From positions 1,815-65,814 of the forward strand of contig JBEEMZ010000002.1 of assembly GCA_041192405.1 (NCBI GenBank): a stretch of 64,000 bases of DNA, given 5' to 3'. This DNA is from Bacteroidota bacterium (lineage in GTDB: Bacteria; Bacteroidota; Bacteroidia; Chitinophagales; Saprospiraceae). Shown piece after piece: positions 30,083-39,104 of this stretch; the first letter of the stretch is position 1, and each line of letters begins with the position of its first letter. A program made the translations under genes and the position numbers. The notes under the pieces are model-generated. The model had not been told where the DNA came from. It saw nothing but the letters and a program-made list of their open reading frames with translations, and ran no database searches.

Positions 30083-30763
30083 ATGAAGTACAACAGCCCC
30101 CCGCTTCGTTTGTTCACGCTGCTTTTGATAGGCACGTTGAGCGTGTGCAGTTGCCATTATCACGTCGAACCTGAAAATCCTGTGGATATTTTCCAAAATA
30201 TTACAGGAAATTATTGGATTTATCAGTATTTCTCAGCAGCACCTGATGGCAAAGTCGCCCCCGAAGACCGATTTGATAGTACTGTCGTCGTGCGTGATAC
30301 GTTGATTCGCGGTCAAAAGTATAAAATCACCCGTACTTTTGAGTATAAAAATGCTGCCAAACCTCAAATTTCAAATGTATATCAAGCGATTTTGCGCGAT
30401 TCGTCCAATTATATTGTGGATGAGCGAGGCAATCTATACGCATGGCCTAAAAATCTAACAGATACCTTGCGTCGGGATACGATACGCGATTATGGCGCGA
30501 ATGGTCGGATTATTGCCACAAAAACGTACATTTACACCGATAGAGATGTCGAAATGCACACCGCAGTGGGGCATTTACCTACAATTGACTTGAAATCAAC
30601 GTTTAATTTTTACCCGAATTATCAACAAGGTGGCAAAGTGCGTTATGCGCATAGTTGGTATTCAGCAGGGATTGGCAAGGTGAAAGAAATTGGTTTTGGC
30701 GATTATCGAGACATGACGGCTTATGGAAAAGAGTTAATTCGTTATCACATTAAAAAAGAATAA
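30083..30763 (+). CDS. hypothetical lipoprotein
   Basis: 226-aa ORF with signal peptide plus lipobox (LLLIGTLSVCSC). No family recognised. Confidence 0.5.
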   Translation: MKYNSPPLRLFTLLLIGTLSVCSCHYHVEPENPVDIFQNITGNYWIYQYFSAAPDGKVAPEDRFDSTVVVRDTLIRGQKYKITRTFEYKNAAKPQISNVYQAILRDSSNYIVDERGNLYAWPKNLTDTLRRDTIRDYGANGRIIATKTYIYTDRDVEMHTAVGHLPTIDLKSTFNFYPNYQQGGKVRYAHSWYSAGIGKVKEIGFGDYRDMTAYGKELIRYHIKKE

Positions 30764-30800
30764 ACAATATAAATCATTGTAAATCAATGATTTACAAATA

Positions 30801-30839
30801 ATTACGTTTCGAAAACCTTGAAGATTTCCGAAACGTAAT
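30801..30839. terminator. 'acgtttcg' family hairpin
   Basis: attacgtttcgaaaa ccttgaaga ttttccgaaacgtaat. Arms and loop closely resemble 21361-21401. Confidence 0.6.
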
Positions 30840-30845
30840 TCACGA

Positions 30846-30971
30846 CTAAGCAGTTGGTTTAACGGCTGTCGGTTTAGGGGCATTTGTCATTTTAATCGCT
30901 TTCGGACGGGTGTTCCCGTGAGAGCCTTGAAAAATTTTGCCTCTTTTTGTTCTTTTATCGCCTTTACCCAT
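30846..30971 (-). CDS. 30S ribosomal protein Thx (bTHX)
   Basis: Own translation: MGKGDKRTKRGKIFQGSHGNTRPKAIKMTNAPKPTAVKPTA*. The MGKGD+RT+RGK N-terminus is the Thx signature. A minus-strand TAtcTTTG box lies 45 nt upstream. Too short for the ORF track. Confidence 0.8.
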   Translation of the reverse strand: MGKGDKRTKRGKIFQGSHGNTRPKAIKMTNAPKPTAVKPTA

Positions 30972-31015
30972 TGATTTGGAATTTTTTTGATTGAAAAAAT
31001 CATTTTTTGCGGCTG

Positions 31016-31023
31016 CAAAGATA
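31016..31023 (-). promoter_or_regulatory. Bacteroidota -7 box (TAtcTTTG) for the Thx gene
   Basis: Plus strand caaagata is the reverse complement of TATCTTTG and matches TAnnTTTG. Confidence 0.5.
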
Positions 31024-31053
31024 TTGCATTTTAATCAAAAACAAAACTTTTGC

Positions 31054-31078
31054 CACGAATTACATGAATTTACACGAA
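31054..31078. repeat. 'cacgaat' family element, copy 3 (direct half-sites)
   Basis: cacgaattacatgaatttacacgaa. Confidence 0.6.
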
Positions 31079-31140
31079 CTTTTTCAGCAAAGCTAATGAT
31101 TTGTGCAAATTAGGTTAATTCATGGCAAATATTTGTATTT

Positions 31141-31941
31141 TTATTTTTTTCGATTATTACTGCTATTATTTTTATGATTCGGATTACTATTCTTATTCGG
31201 ATTTTGACTCGGGTGATTCGGGCGATTTTTAGAGTTGCTGTTATTGCTACTGCTCGTTCTACTATTTGAATTATTGTTATTCGGGCGGCGGTCACGGTCT
31301 CTATCACGGTCGCGGTCGTTTGAATTAGAGTTTTTATTAGCACTGTTGCCCCGATTCTTATTAGCATTAGCCAAATTATCTATTGAACTAGTTTCTTCAA
31401 GAGATAGTTTATTTGCCGATAAGATAGCTAAATCGTTTTTAATAATCTCATCGCTCACAAAATGTTCTTTATTCCAAGTTTTATATGCCAATTTCATATA
31501 CGAACCAATCGCTTGTACAAAACCGTCTTTAATCGCACCTGGCTCCATTTCAAGCGCACGGCGGATTAAAACTTGTACATTATTGCCATAATGCCGAAAA
31601 CGCGTATCTTGCAAAGGGTACGGAACACGTTCAGGTTTTTTCTTGGCATCTTCTGGACGCGGTACTTCGCCACTTGGTGTGTACGCTTCCAAATTATATT
31701 TGGCAATATGGAACAAATGTTTCCATAACTTCTCTCGATAATCGTCAATATTTTTACTTTGAGGATACAATTGTTGAATTAAATCAACAATTTGTTCACA
31801 AAAGGCTTGGCGATATTGATGATCTTTAATCGTTTGCGCGTGGCGCACTAATTGTTGCACATTGCGCCCATATTCGGGCATAATCAATTCCTCCAATCCC
31901 GTATTGTACTGGAGGTCAAAAAGACCATTAGCGGGTTTCAA
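31141..31941 (-). CDS. DUF4290 domain protein with N/S/R/D low-complexity tail
   Basis: 266-aa ORF. LIMPEYGRNVQQLV..A......R...A..IV.LM is the conserved DUF4290 N-terminus (by memory). The C-terminal ~75 aa are SNSNDRDRDRDRDRRPNNNN... low complexity. Confidence 0.7.
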   Translation of the reverse strand: MKPANGLFDLQYNTGLEELIMPEYGRNVQQLVRHAQTIKDHQYRQAFCEQIVDLIQQLYPQSKNIDDYREKLWKHLFHIAKYNLEAYTPSGEVPRPEDAKKKPERVPYPLQDTRFRHYGNNVQVLIRRALEMEPGAIKDGFVQAIGSYMKLAYKTWNKEHFVSDEIIKNDLAILSANKLSLEETSSIDNLANANKNRGNSANKNSNSNDRDRDRDRDRRPNNNNSNSRTSSSNNSNSKNRPNHPSQNPNKNSNPNHKNNSSNNRKK

Positions 31942-32070
31942 ATTTTCAAATTTTTAAGGATGAATGAATCATTCGAATTAGGATGTTTATCATTATAAAG
32001 ATTAAAAGGATATTTTTTAAATTAAAAATATGCTTTTAACCTTTACAATCATAAGCATCCTAATTCATTA

Positions 32071-33912
32071 TTATTCAACTGTAACTGATTTTGCTAAATT
32101 GCGCGGTTGATCCACATTGCAATTGCGCATCACCGCAATATGATAAGACAATAACTGTAATGGAATCACTGATAATAACGGCGAAAAGGGTTCTTCTGTA
32201 TCAGGAACTTCGATAATATAATCCGCAATTTCCTTCACAATCGTATCGCCTTCCGTCACGACTGCGATAACAATTCCTTTACGTGCCTTGACTTCTTGAA
32301 TATTGCTAACGATTTTTTCATAAGCACTTTTGTTATTGCAAATCACCACAACAGGCATATTTTCATCAATCAATGCAATGGGCCCATGCTTCATTTCAGC
32401 CGCAGGATAGCCTTCTGCATGAATATAGGAGATTTCTTTTAATTTCAATGCGCCTTCCAATGCCACAGGGAAGTTGTAACCGCGCCCCAAATATAACGCA
32501 TTTGGTGCATCTTTGATTTCGGAAGCGATGTATTTTACTTGCTCATTGACTTTCAATACTTGTTCTATCTTAGACGGTAAATTTTCTAATTCGGTCAAAT
32601 ATTTTCTATACTGTGATTTAGAAATTTTGCCGCGTTTGTAACCCAGACTCAATGCCATCATCGTCAATAAGGTCACTTGACCTGTGAATGCCTTAGTCGA
32701 AGCAACGCCAATTTCAGGACCCGCGTGTATGTACGAACCCGCGTGCGTCAATCGCGCAATCGAAGAACCAACCACATTTACGATACCATATATTAATGCG
32801 CCGTGTTCTTTCGCCAATTCCAGTGCCGCCAATGTGTCTGCCGTCTCGCCCGACTGTGAAATCGCAATCACAACATCTTTATCCGTGATAATCGGATTGC
32901 GGTAACGCAATTCCGATGCATATTCGACTTCTACAGGAATCCGTGCCAACTCCTCAAACAAGTATTCCGCAACCAAACCCGCATGCCAAGACGTGCCGCA
33001 AGCTGCAATAATGACGCGATGCGCATTGCCAATTCGTTGTTCGTACTCCTCTAAACCGCCCAATTTAATCCATCCTTCCTCTGAATTCAAGCGTCCGCGC
33101 ATACAATCTGCCATTGTTTTGGGCTGTTCGTGAATTTCTTTCAACATGAAAGAATCATAACCACCTTTTTCCAACGCTTCAATCGTCAAATTCAACTGTT
33201 GAACAAACGGTTCTTCAATTTGGTTTTTGAAAATACTCCGAATTTCGTAAGAAGCATCTCGACGCGCTACCACAATTTGTTCGTCCTCGATATAAACCAC
33301 TTTTTTAGTATATTCGACAATCGGCGATGCGTCTGATGCGAAAAAAAACTCCTCTTTGCCAATACCCATCACTAAAGGACTCGCTTTTCTTGCCGCAACC
33401 AATTTATCAGGTTCGGTTGCATCCATCACCACAATTGCGTAAGCACCCACCACTTTCGTCAACGCCACGCGAACGGCTTCTTCAATCGGCAGATGTTCGC
33501 GGCGTTGCAACTCCTCAATCAGATGCACCAATACTTCGGTATCGGTCTGACTCTTGAACGTATGCCCCAAACGCGTCAAAGCCGTTTTCAACGTAGCATA
33601 ATTTTCAATAATACCATTGTGAATTAAAGTCAAGCGACCATCACCAGATACATGAGGATGCGCATTAATATCATCTGGTTTCCCGTGCGTTGCCCAACGC
33701 GTATGCCCCATACCCAAAGTACCTTCACAATCTTGTGTTTTGGCGAAATTCACTAATTCTTGAACTTTTCCCTTTTTTTTATATACGTGCATTGCACCAT
33801 TCAACAAGGCAACGCCTGCGCTATCATATCCCCGATATTCTAATCGTTGCAATCCTTTAATGAGGATTGGATAGGCTTGTTTTTTTCCGATATAAGCGAC
33901 AATTCCACACAT
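32071..33912 (-). CDS. glmS: glutamine--fructose-6-phosphate aminotransferase (isomerizing)
   Basis: 613-aa ORF. MCGIVAYIG N-terminal Cys nucleophile, two SIS domains, and the C-terminal ...NLAKSVTVE. Confidence 0.95.
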   Translation of the reverse strand: MCGIVAYIGKKQAYPILIKGLQRLEYRGYDSAGVALLNGAMHVYKKKGKVQELVNFAKTQDCEGTLGMGHTRWATHGKPDDINAHPHVSGDGRLTLIHNGIIENYATLKTALTRLGHTFKSQTDTEVLVHLIEELQRREHLPIEEAVRVALTKVVGAYAIVVMDATEPDKLVAARKASPLVMGIGKEEFFFASDASPIVEYTKKVVYIEDEQIVVARRDASYEIRSIFKNQIEEPFVQQLNLTIEALEKGGYDSFMLKEIHEQPKTMADCMRGRLNSEEGWIKLGGLEEYEQRIGNAHRVIIAACGTSWHAGLVAEYLFEELARIPVEVEYASELRYRNPIITDKDVVIAISQSGETADTLAALELAKEHGALIYGIVNVVGSSIARLTHAGSYIHAGPEIGVASTKAFTGQVTLLTMMALSLGYKRGKISKSQYRKYLTELENLPSKIEQVLKVNEQVKYIASEIKDAPNALYLGRGYNFPVALEGALKLKEISYIHAEGYPAAEMKHGPIALIDENMPVVVICNNKSAYEKIVSNIQEVKARKGIVIAVVTEGDTIVKEIADYIIEVPDTEEPFSPLLSVIPLQLLSYHIAVMRNCNVDQPRNLAKSVTVE

Positions 33913-33990
33913 GGTTATTCGATTTAAATTTTTTATAACAAGTTATTAACGGAATTAAAAATATGTTTGTTGCATAGTAAATCGCTTGTT

Positions 33991-34231
33991 CGTTGGTTAG
34001 TTAGTTGGTTAGGGCATTAAGCCCTAAACAATTAGGGAAATATTTTGCCCCAAAAAGGGGGGCAGAGAGAAAAATTTGATTTTTGATTTTTTTTGCAAAA
34101 AAAATCAAAAATCAAATTTTTCTCTTTATGAAAGGTCTTTTTTTCCCTAATTATTTAGGGCTTCATGCATTATTTGGTTCGTTGGTTAATTAAAGTATTG
34201 ATAGTCAATGATTTAACCAACCAACTAACTA
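33991..34231. repeat. nested composite palindrome (~240 bp) with a perfect 60-bp core
   Basis: Outer arms are cgttggttagttagttggtt ... aaccaaccaactaacta. Inner pairs are aattagggaaa/tttccctaatt, agggcattaagccct and ccccaaaaagggggg. The core at 34066-34125 has perfect 29-bp arms around 'gc'. Confidence 0.9.
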
Positions 34232-35554
34232 TAATACCGTATAAGTCAATTTTAATTTTGCGCGACGCACACCATTCGTACCTGCACCATATAAAATGGC
34301 TCGGCTCGTTTTCGACGTTTTATTATAGGTAGTCAAATTCATAATCGAACCTTGTTTTCCATTCAGCATCTGTTGGAAATAATCCGTAATATTCATTCGA
34401 TACAAATAAGTACCATTCGATACCAACGGCGCGCCTCCAAAATACGCAATCTCACCTGTTTGAGTCGCAGTAGTGAAATCTGTAATAAAATCAAGATTTC
34501 CGCCCACCGAAACGCGGTACAAAGCCAACTGATCCGACGCAGGGTATTTGTACCCATCCGTATCATTAATCGTAAATTCCAATTCTGCCTTATTGACCGC
34601 GATATTGCCTAATTTAGATTTATTGGCATAAGGGATTTCAATTTGAACATTCGTACCCGCAAGCCCTTGCAAAAATATCAAACTATCTGCTTTTTGAGGA
34701 TTTTTAATATACGGAGCGATAGGCGCACCATTAAAATCTTGATTGATATGCGTATAACGCGTAATATTTGTACCCGCCGAAGTTTGATTTAACATAAATT
34801 GCAATTGCAATTTATTGGTGTCTTGTTTGTAATAAACGTGCAATCGAGCATACGCAGAAGCGGTATTAAAGGCTAAAATAGATTTCGTAGTGCCATTTGC
34901 TTTAATACATAAACCTTTGAAAATGTCTTTAAAAGTATATGTTGGAGATAACGGATACTGTGTTGTATCCACCAACTTACGTGCAAAAGCATCATTCAAA
35001 CGAATCGCTACATAAGCCGATTTTAACGTATCTGCTCGGTTCTTCGTGGAATCCGACAAACGCGGTATAAACGAAAGAGAGCCAATCGGTACAGGATTAT
35101 AAGTATATTTTTTATTGGAATATATAACTTTTGCAGAATCCATTGTTTCTGTAAGTTGATGCACATCCAATTGAAACGTTTCAGATGAATCAATCCTCGT
35201 CAAACCGAGATCATAAGGCAAAACCAATACTGCTGAATCGTATTGTGCACCGACCATACTCGTCGGTGTATAAGCGTTCACGACCTGCGTAAACATCATC
35301 AATTCCTGTTTACCAAACGTAGGGTCTATCGTGTTGCCACAAAAAAGCGTCGAAGGCGGCGCACCAGGGATGTAACCTGCGACAGAATCTGTTTTTTCAG
35401 TTAGACAGCGAATCGTAACGGTGTCTGTAAATTTTACATTCAAATTATCTCCTGTAAAGATTTCCGCGCCAACAGACGTGGATTTGATGCACGAATAAGT
35501 GCCGAGAGTGGTCAACATGCCCACAACGACCGCAGTAATAAGGTTGTTTTTCAT
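34229..35554 (-). CDS. DUF4270 family protein (lipoprotein-like)
   Basis: 441-aa ORF with signal peptide plus Cys (GTYSC). Its position between the glgA-like gene and glmS is the usual Bacteroidota synteny for DUF4270 (by memory). Confidence 0.6.
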   Translation of the reverse strand: MKNNLITAVVVGMLTTLGTYSCIKSTSVGAEIFTGDNLNVKFTDTVTIRCLTEKTDSVAGYIPGAPPSTLFCGNTIDPTFGKQELMMFTQVVNAYTPTSMVGAQYDSAVLVLPYDLGLTRIDSSETFQLDVHQLTETMDSAKVIYSNKKYTYNPVPIGSLSFIPRLSDSTKNRADTLKSAYVAIRLNDAFARKLVDTTQYPLSPTYTFKDIFKGLCIKANGTTKSILAFNTASAYARLHVYYKQDTNKLQLQFMLNQTSAGTNITRYTHINQDFNGAPIAPYIKNPQKADSLIFLQGLAGTNVQIEIPYANKSKLGNIAVNKAELEFTINDTDGYKYPASDQLALYRVSVGGNLDFITDFTTATQTGEIAYFGGAPLVSNGTYLYRMNITDYFQQMLNGKQGSIMNLTTYNKTSKTSRAILYGAGTNGVRRAKLKLTYTVL

Positions 35555-35806
35555 TACAAATTTGTGAGAAAATAAATAACTTTTCGGGTCTTGAAACCAA
35601 TTTAAAGTTCGGTTTCAACTGTTTGATAATCAATGAATTGTTTGTATTGAAACCATAAAATGACCGTTTGCATTGGGGAGCGATAGGCAATAACAAACCA
35701 ATAGATAAAGTACAATCCTTATCATTCCCCAATGTAAATTTAGTTTTGCTAAAACGGTGCAAATTGCGTTAATTTTTGGAAATCAACGCAATTTTTTATC
35801 TTTTTT

Positions 35807-36631
35807 TTAATGCCCGACTAAACTTTCACTTTCTATAGCATTATAAAAATCAATATAAGATTTTCCCATCTCCGCATGATTAAAATAATCCAATACAGGT
35901 TTGCCCGTGCTTTCAATCGTTTTCAAAACGTCCTCCGAAATCATTTCGCTGCCTTTGATGATGCCATCCGAAAAAACACCCGCCCCTTTATGAATAGAAA
36001 CTTCGCCTTCATGTAAAAAAGCTATCATATCTTCTGCGGTGAGGTTGTTGATAGATGCTTTTTCGGTGAATTCCTGCACAGGAAACGACTGATTCAAGGT
36101 ATCATATAAGGAATAAATAATCTTTGATGGTTGAAACAAAGGGTCATTTTTATAAGCCGTGCGCAAATACAACGGAATCAAACCCGTCATCCAGCCATGA
36201 CAATGTACAATATCTGGTGACCAACCAAATTTTTTCACGGTTTCAATCGCGCCTTTGCAGAAAAAGACGGCTCTATCGAGATTATCCTCGAAAGGATGTC
36301 CTTTGGAATCTTCAAAAACAGATTTTCGTCTAAAAAATTCATCATTGTCCAAAAAATAGACTTGTATCCGTGAACCAGGCAACGAAGCCACTTTGATAAT
36401 CAACGGATAATCGTCGTCATTTACAATAATATTCATCCCCGATAGGCGCACCACTTCATGAAGTCGGTGGCGACGCTCATTGACCGTCCCAAAACGCGGC
36501 ATTAAAATGCGAATTTCGCATCCATGCTCGTTGAGATACAACGGAAGTTTGTTAGCGGTTTCGGCGATTTCCGACAGCGCGGTATATGGATCTATTTCCT
36601 GCGCGATAAGCAGCACTTTCTTTTTTGCCAT
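35807..36631 (-). CDS. glycogen/starch synthase-like protein (short form)
   Basis: 274-aa ORF. N-terminal ...E..PY........A..LP..L...G.E.R..MP.FG resembles the GlgA N-domain. Divergent from panC, as in many Bacteroidota. Confidence 0.7.
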   Translation of the reverse strand: MAKKKVLLIAQEIDPYTALSEIAETANKLPLYLNEHGCEIRILMPRFGTVNERRHRLHEVVRLSGMNIIVNDDDYPLIIKVASLPGSRIQVYFLDNDEFFRRKSVFEDSKGHPFEDNLDRAVFFCKGAIETVKKFGWSPDIVHCHGWMTGLIPLYLRTAYKNDPLFQPSKIIYSLYDTLNQSFPVQEFTEKASINNLTAEDMIAFLHEGEVSIHKGAGVFSDGIIKGSEMISEDVLKTIESTGKPVLDYFNHAEMGKSYIDFYNAIESESLVGH

Positions 36632-36896
36632 GAATCTCTGTTTTAAAAAAGTTCAGGTTCAGCTTCAATTAAAACCGTTCCTTTGTATAAAATTTGAATC
36701 CGAAAGCAGGCTATTTTCAAATTTACAGCTCTTCAAACCTCAAATTTTGATACATCGTTAGTATGAAAACCATTATAAACCGTTTAAACAGACGTTTCTG
36801 CAAACGGTTTGCTGCAAAGTTACAACTTTTTTACGAAATCTGTATAATTTTAACGTAATAGTCGCATCAAAAAATGAAGTTTTCTGAAAAACCAAT

Positions 36897-36904
36897 ATCT
36901 TTGC
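36897..36904 (+). promoter_or_regulatory. candidate -7 box (TAtcTTTG) upstream of panC
   Basis: tatctttg, 124 nt upstream of the panC ATG. Confidence 0.4.
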
Positions 36905-36921
36905 ACGTTTATATCGCATAA

Positions 36922-37022
36922 AGTTGGTTGGTTAGTTAGTTGGTTGGTTAGTTGGTTAATTAAATTTTAACAACTAACTAACCAACCAACCAACTATAAC
37001 CAACCAACTAACTAACTAACTA
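36922..37022. repeat. 'ttggttagttgg' family imperfect palindrome (~100 bp)
   Basis: agttggttggttagttagttggttggttagttggttaattaaattttaacaactaactaaccaaccaaccaactataaccaaccaactaactaactaact. It ends 5 nt before the panC ATG. Confidence 0.85.
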
Positions 37023-37027
37023 TCATC

Positions 37028-37933
37028 ATGTTATTATTCAAAAGAGTCCAAGATATTCAACAATATTTGAATTTGTTGCGTCAAAAAGGCGTAGAAATTG
37101 GTTTTGCCCCGACAATGGGTGCGTTACATGCGGGTCATACGAGTTTGATTACGCGCTCCAAAACGGAAAATCAAGTCACGGTGAGTAGTATTTTCGTCAA
37201 TCCGACGCAGTTTAACGACCCGTCAGACCTCGAAAAATATCCGAGAACGGTGGAACGTGATATTGAAATGTTGGTAGAAGCGGGTTGCGACATCTTGTTT
37301 TTGCCCACTGTCGAGGAAATTTATCCGAACGGAACCAAACAAAATTTGCCTATTCAATTCGGTCGCTTAGATAAAGTTTTGGAAGGCGTTTTTCGACCAG
37401 GACATTTCAATGGGATGGCACAAGTGGTCTATCGGTTGCTGGAAATCGTGAATCCCAATCGTTTATATATGGGGCAAAAAGATTTTCAACAATTGACGAT
37501 TGTTCGGAGTTTGTTATCGCAGATGCGTTCTGGGACGGAATTGGTTATGTGTGTGACGCGACGCGAAAAAGATGGGCTGGCAATGAGTAGTCGAAATGTG
37601 CGTTTAAATACGGAATCGCGGGCGGCGGCTCCCTTGATTCACCAAATTTTGATGGAAGCGTTGGAAATGACGGAAGAATATTCGCCCAATGAAATTCAAC
37701 GACGTTGCGTTCAAAAGTTGAAAGAAATCAAAGCATTTAATCTCGAATATTTTGAAATCGTTGACGGCAATACCTTGATGCCAATTCGTTTATTGAATGA
37801 AACGGATTTTGCAGTGGCGGTGACGGCGGTTTGGGTAGGCGGCGTTCGGTTGATTGATAACTTAATTTTAAAACAAATTATTGAACAAGAGGTATCCTCT
37901 GAAACAGGAGATGCTTACCGACAAGTTCCATAA
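37028..37933 (+). CDS. panC: pantoate--beta-alanine ligase
   Basis: 301-aa ORF. PTMGALHAGH (HIGH-like) motif, FVNPTQF, MSSRN. About 20 aa longer at the C-terminus than usual. Confidence 0.9.
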   Translation: MLLFKRVQDIQQYLNLLRQKGVEIGFAPTMGALHAGHTSLITRSKTENQVTVSSIFVNPTQFNDPSDLEKYPRTVERDIEMLVEAGCDILFLPTVEEIYPNGTKQNLPIQFGRLDKVLEGVFRPGHFNGMAQVVYRLLEIVNPNRLYMGQKDFQQLTIVRSLLSQMRSGTELVMCVTRREKDGLAMSSRNVRLNTESRAAAPLIHQILMEALEMTEEYSPNEIQRRCVQKLKEIKAFNLEYFEIVDGNTLMPIRLLNETDFAVAVTAVWVGGVRLIDNLILKQIIEQEVSSETGDAYRQVP

Positions 37934-37966
37934 TTCCTTGATTTTGAATCAAATAAAAGCATTGAA

Positions 37967-39043
37967 ATGAAAAGTAACATCAAAATAATACTACAATTTG
38001 TATTATTTTTAAGCATTGGCGGTTGCATTTTGTTCTATTTTTATAATACGCAAGACCGCGCCTTTCAAGAACAATTGCGTTTGGAAGGCAAATCGCCCTA
38101 TCCATTAATTCAAAAATTGATTGCCGATTTCAAAACGGTCAATTTATTTTGGGTCGGCATGTCGTTATTGGCGTTCACGATTAGCAATTTGAGTCGGGCG
38201 ATTCGTTGGAATATGTTGATGCGCCCTTTGGGACATCAGCCAAAATTGTATAATGCGTTTTTTGCCGTAAATATTAGTTATTTAACAAATTTGATTGTTT
38301 CACGGGCGGGTGAGGCGGTACGCGCAAGTTCGATTGCTAAAGTAGAAAAAATGTCTGCCTCGAAAGTTATGGGCACGGTTGTCATAGACCGATTATTGGA
38401 TATGGTCACATTGTTATTTATCGTATGTTTTGCTTTTTTAATAGAATATGACTTGTTGTGGGGCTGGTTAGACAAAAATTTAGGCTCTGGAAACGGCAAA
38501 TTTCGCCTTTTGCAACACCCCCTTTTTTGGGGAACAGCCGTTTTGGGGTTGATTTCAATGGTCTTTTTATGGAAATTCAAAGATAAGATATTACAAATGA
38601 ATTGGGTACAAAAGGTTTGGCATATCGTTGAAAAGTTTGGAGAAGGGTTGAAAACCGTGCGCAAAGTGGAACGTCCAGGTTGGTTTATTTTCCACAGTTT
38701 ATTGATTTGGTTTATGTATTACATGATGACTTACTTGTGTTTCTATTCATTTGCGCCAACTGCACACCTTCCTGCAATTGCGGCTTTGACCGTTTTTGTT
38801 TTTGGCACTTTTGGGATTGTGATTCCATCTCCTGGCGGCATGGGAACGTATCATGTATTGGCAACTGCCGCACTTACCCTACATGGCGTGAATGGAAATG
38901 ATGGATTCTCGTTTGCGAACATTGTATTTTTTTCAATACAAATTTTTTATAATATCATTGTGGGCGTGGTTTCAATTATTTTGATGAATTTTTTAAACAA
39001 AAAAGTTCAATCAGAAGCTTCATTATCCACCAGTTTGAATTAA
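37967..39043 (+). CDS. lysylphosphatidylglycerol-synthase-TM-region-like (flippase-like, UPF0104) membrane protein
   Basis: 358-aa polytopic ORF. R.IRW..L.......L......A....Y..N....R.GE..R pattern. Confidence 0.65.
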   Translation: MKSNIKIILQFVLFLSIGGCILFYFYNTQDRAFQEQLRLEGKSPYPLIQKLIADFKTVNLFWVGMSLLAFTISNLSRAIRWNMLMRPLGHQPKLYNAFFAVNISYLTNLIVSRAGEAVRASSIAKVEKMSASKVMGTVVIDRLLDMVTLLFIVCFAFLIEYDLLWGWLDKNLGSGNGKFRLLQHPLFWGTAVLGLISMVFLWKFKDKILQMNWVQKVWHIVEKFGEGLKTVRKVERPGWFIFHSLLIWFMYYMMTYLCFYSFAPTAHLPAIAALTVFVFGTFGIVIPSPGGMGTYHVLATAALTLHGVNGNDGFSFANIVFFSIQIFYNIIVGVVSIILMNFLNKKVQSEASLSTSLN

Positions 39044-39060
39044 ATTTATATTTAAAAGGA

Positions 39061-39086
39061 CACGAATTGAACAAATTTGCACGAAT
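39061..39086. repeat. 'cacgaat' family element, copy 4
   Basis: cacgaattgaacaaatttgcacgaat. Confidence 0.6.
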
Positions 39087-39104
39087 AATAAGAGCAATAA
39101 CAAA

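Noticed and set aside
33913-33990. glmS ribozyme upstream of glmS
   Set aside because: The short AT-rich leader shows no conserved ribozyme core or pseudoknot elements. The ribozyme is characteristic of Firmicutes rather than Bacteroidota.
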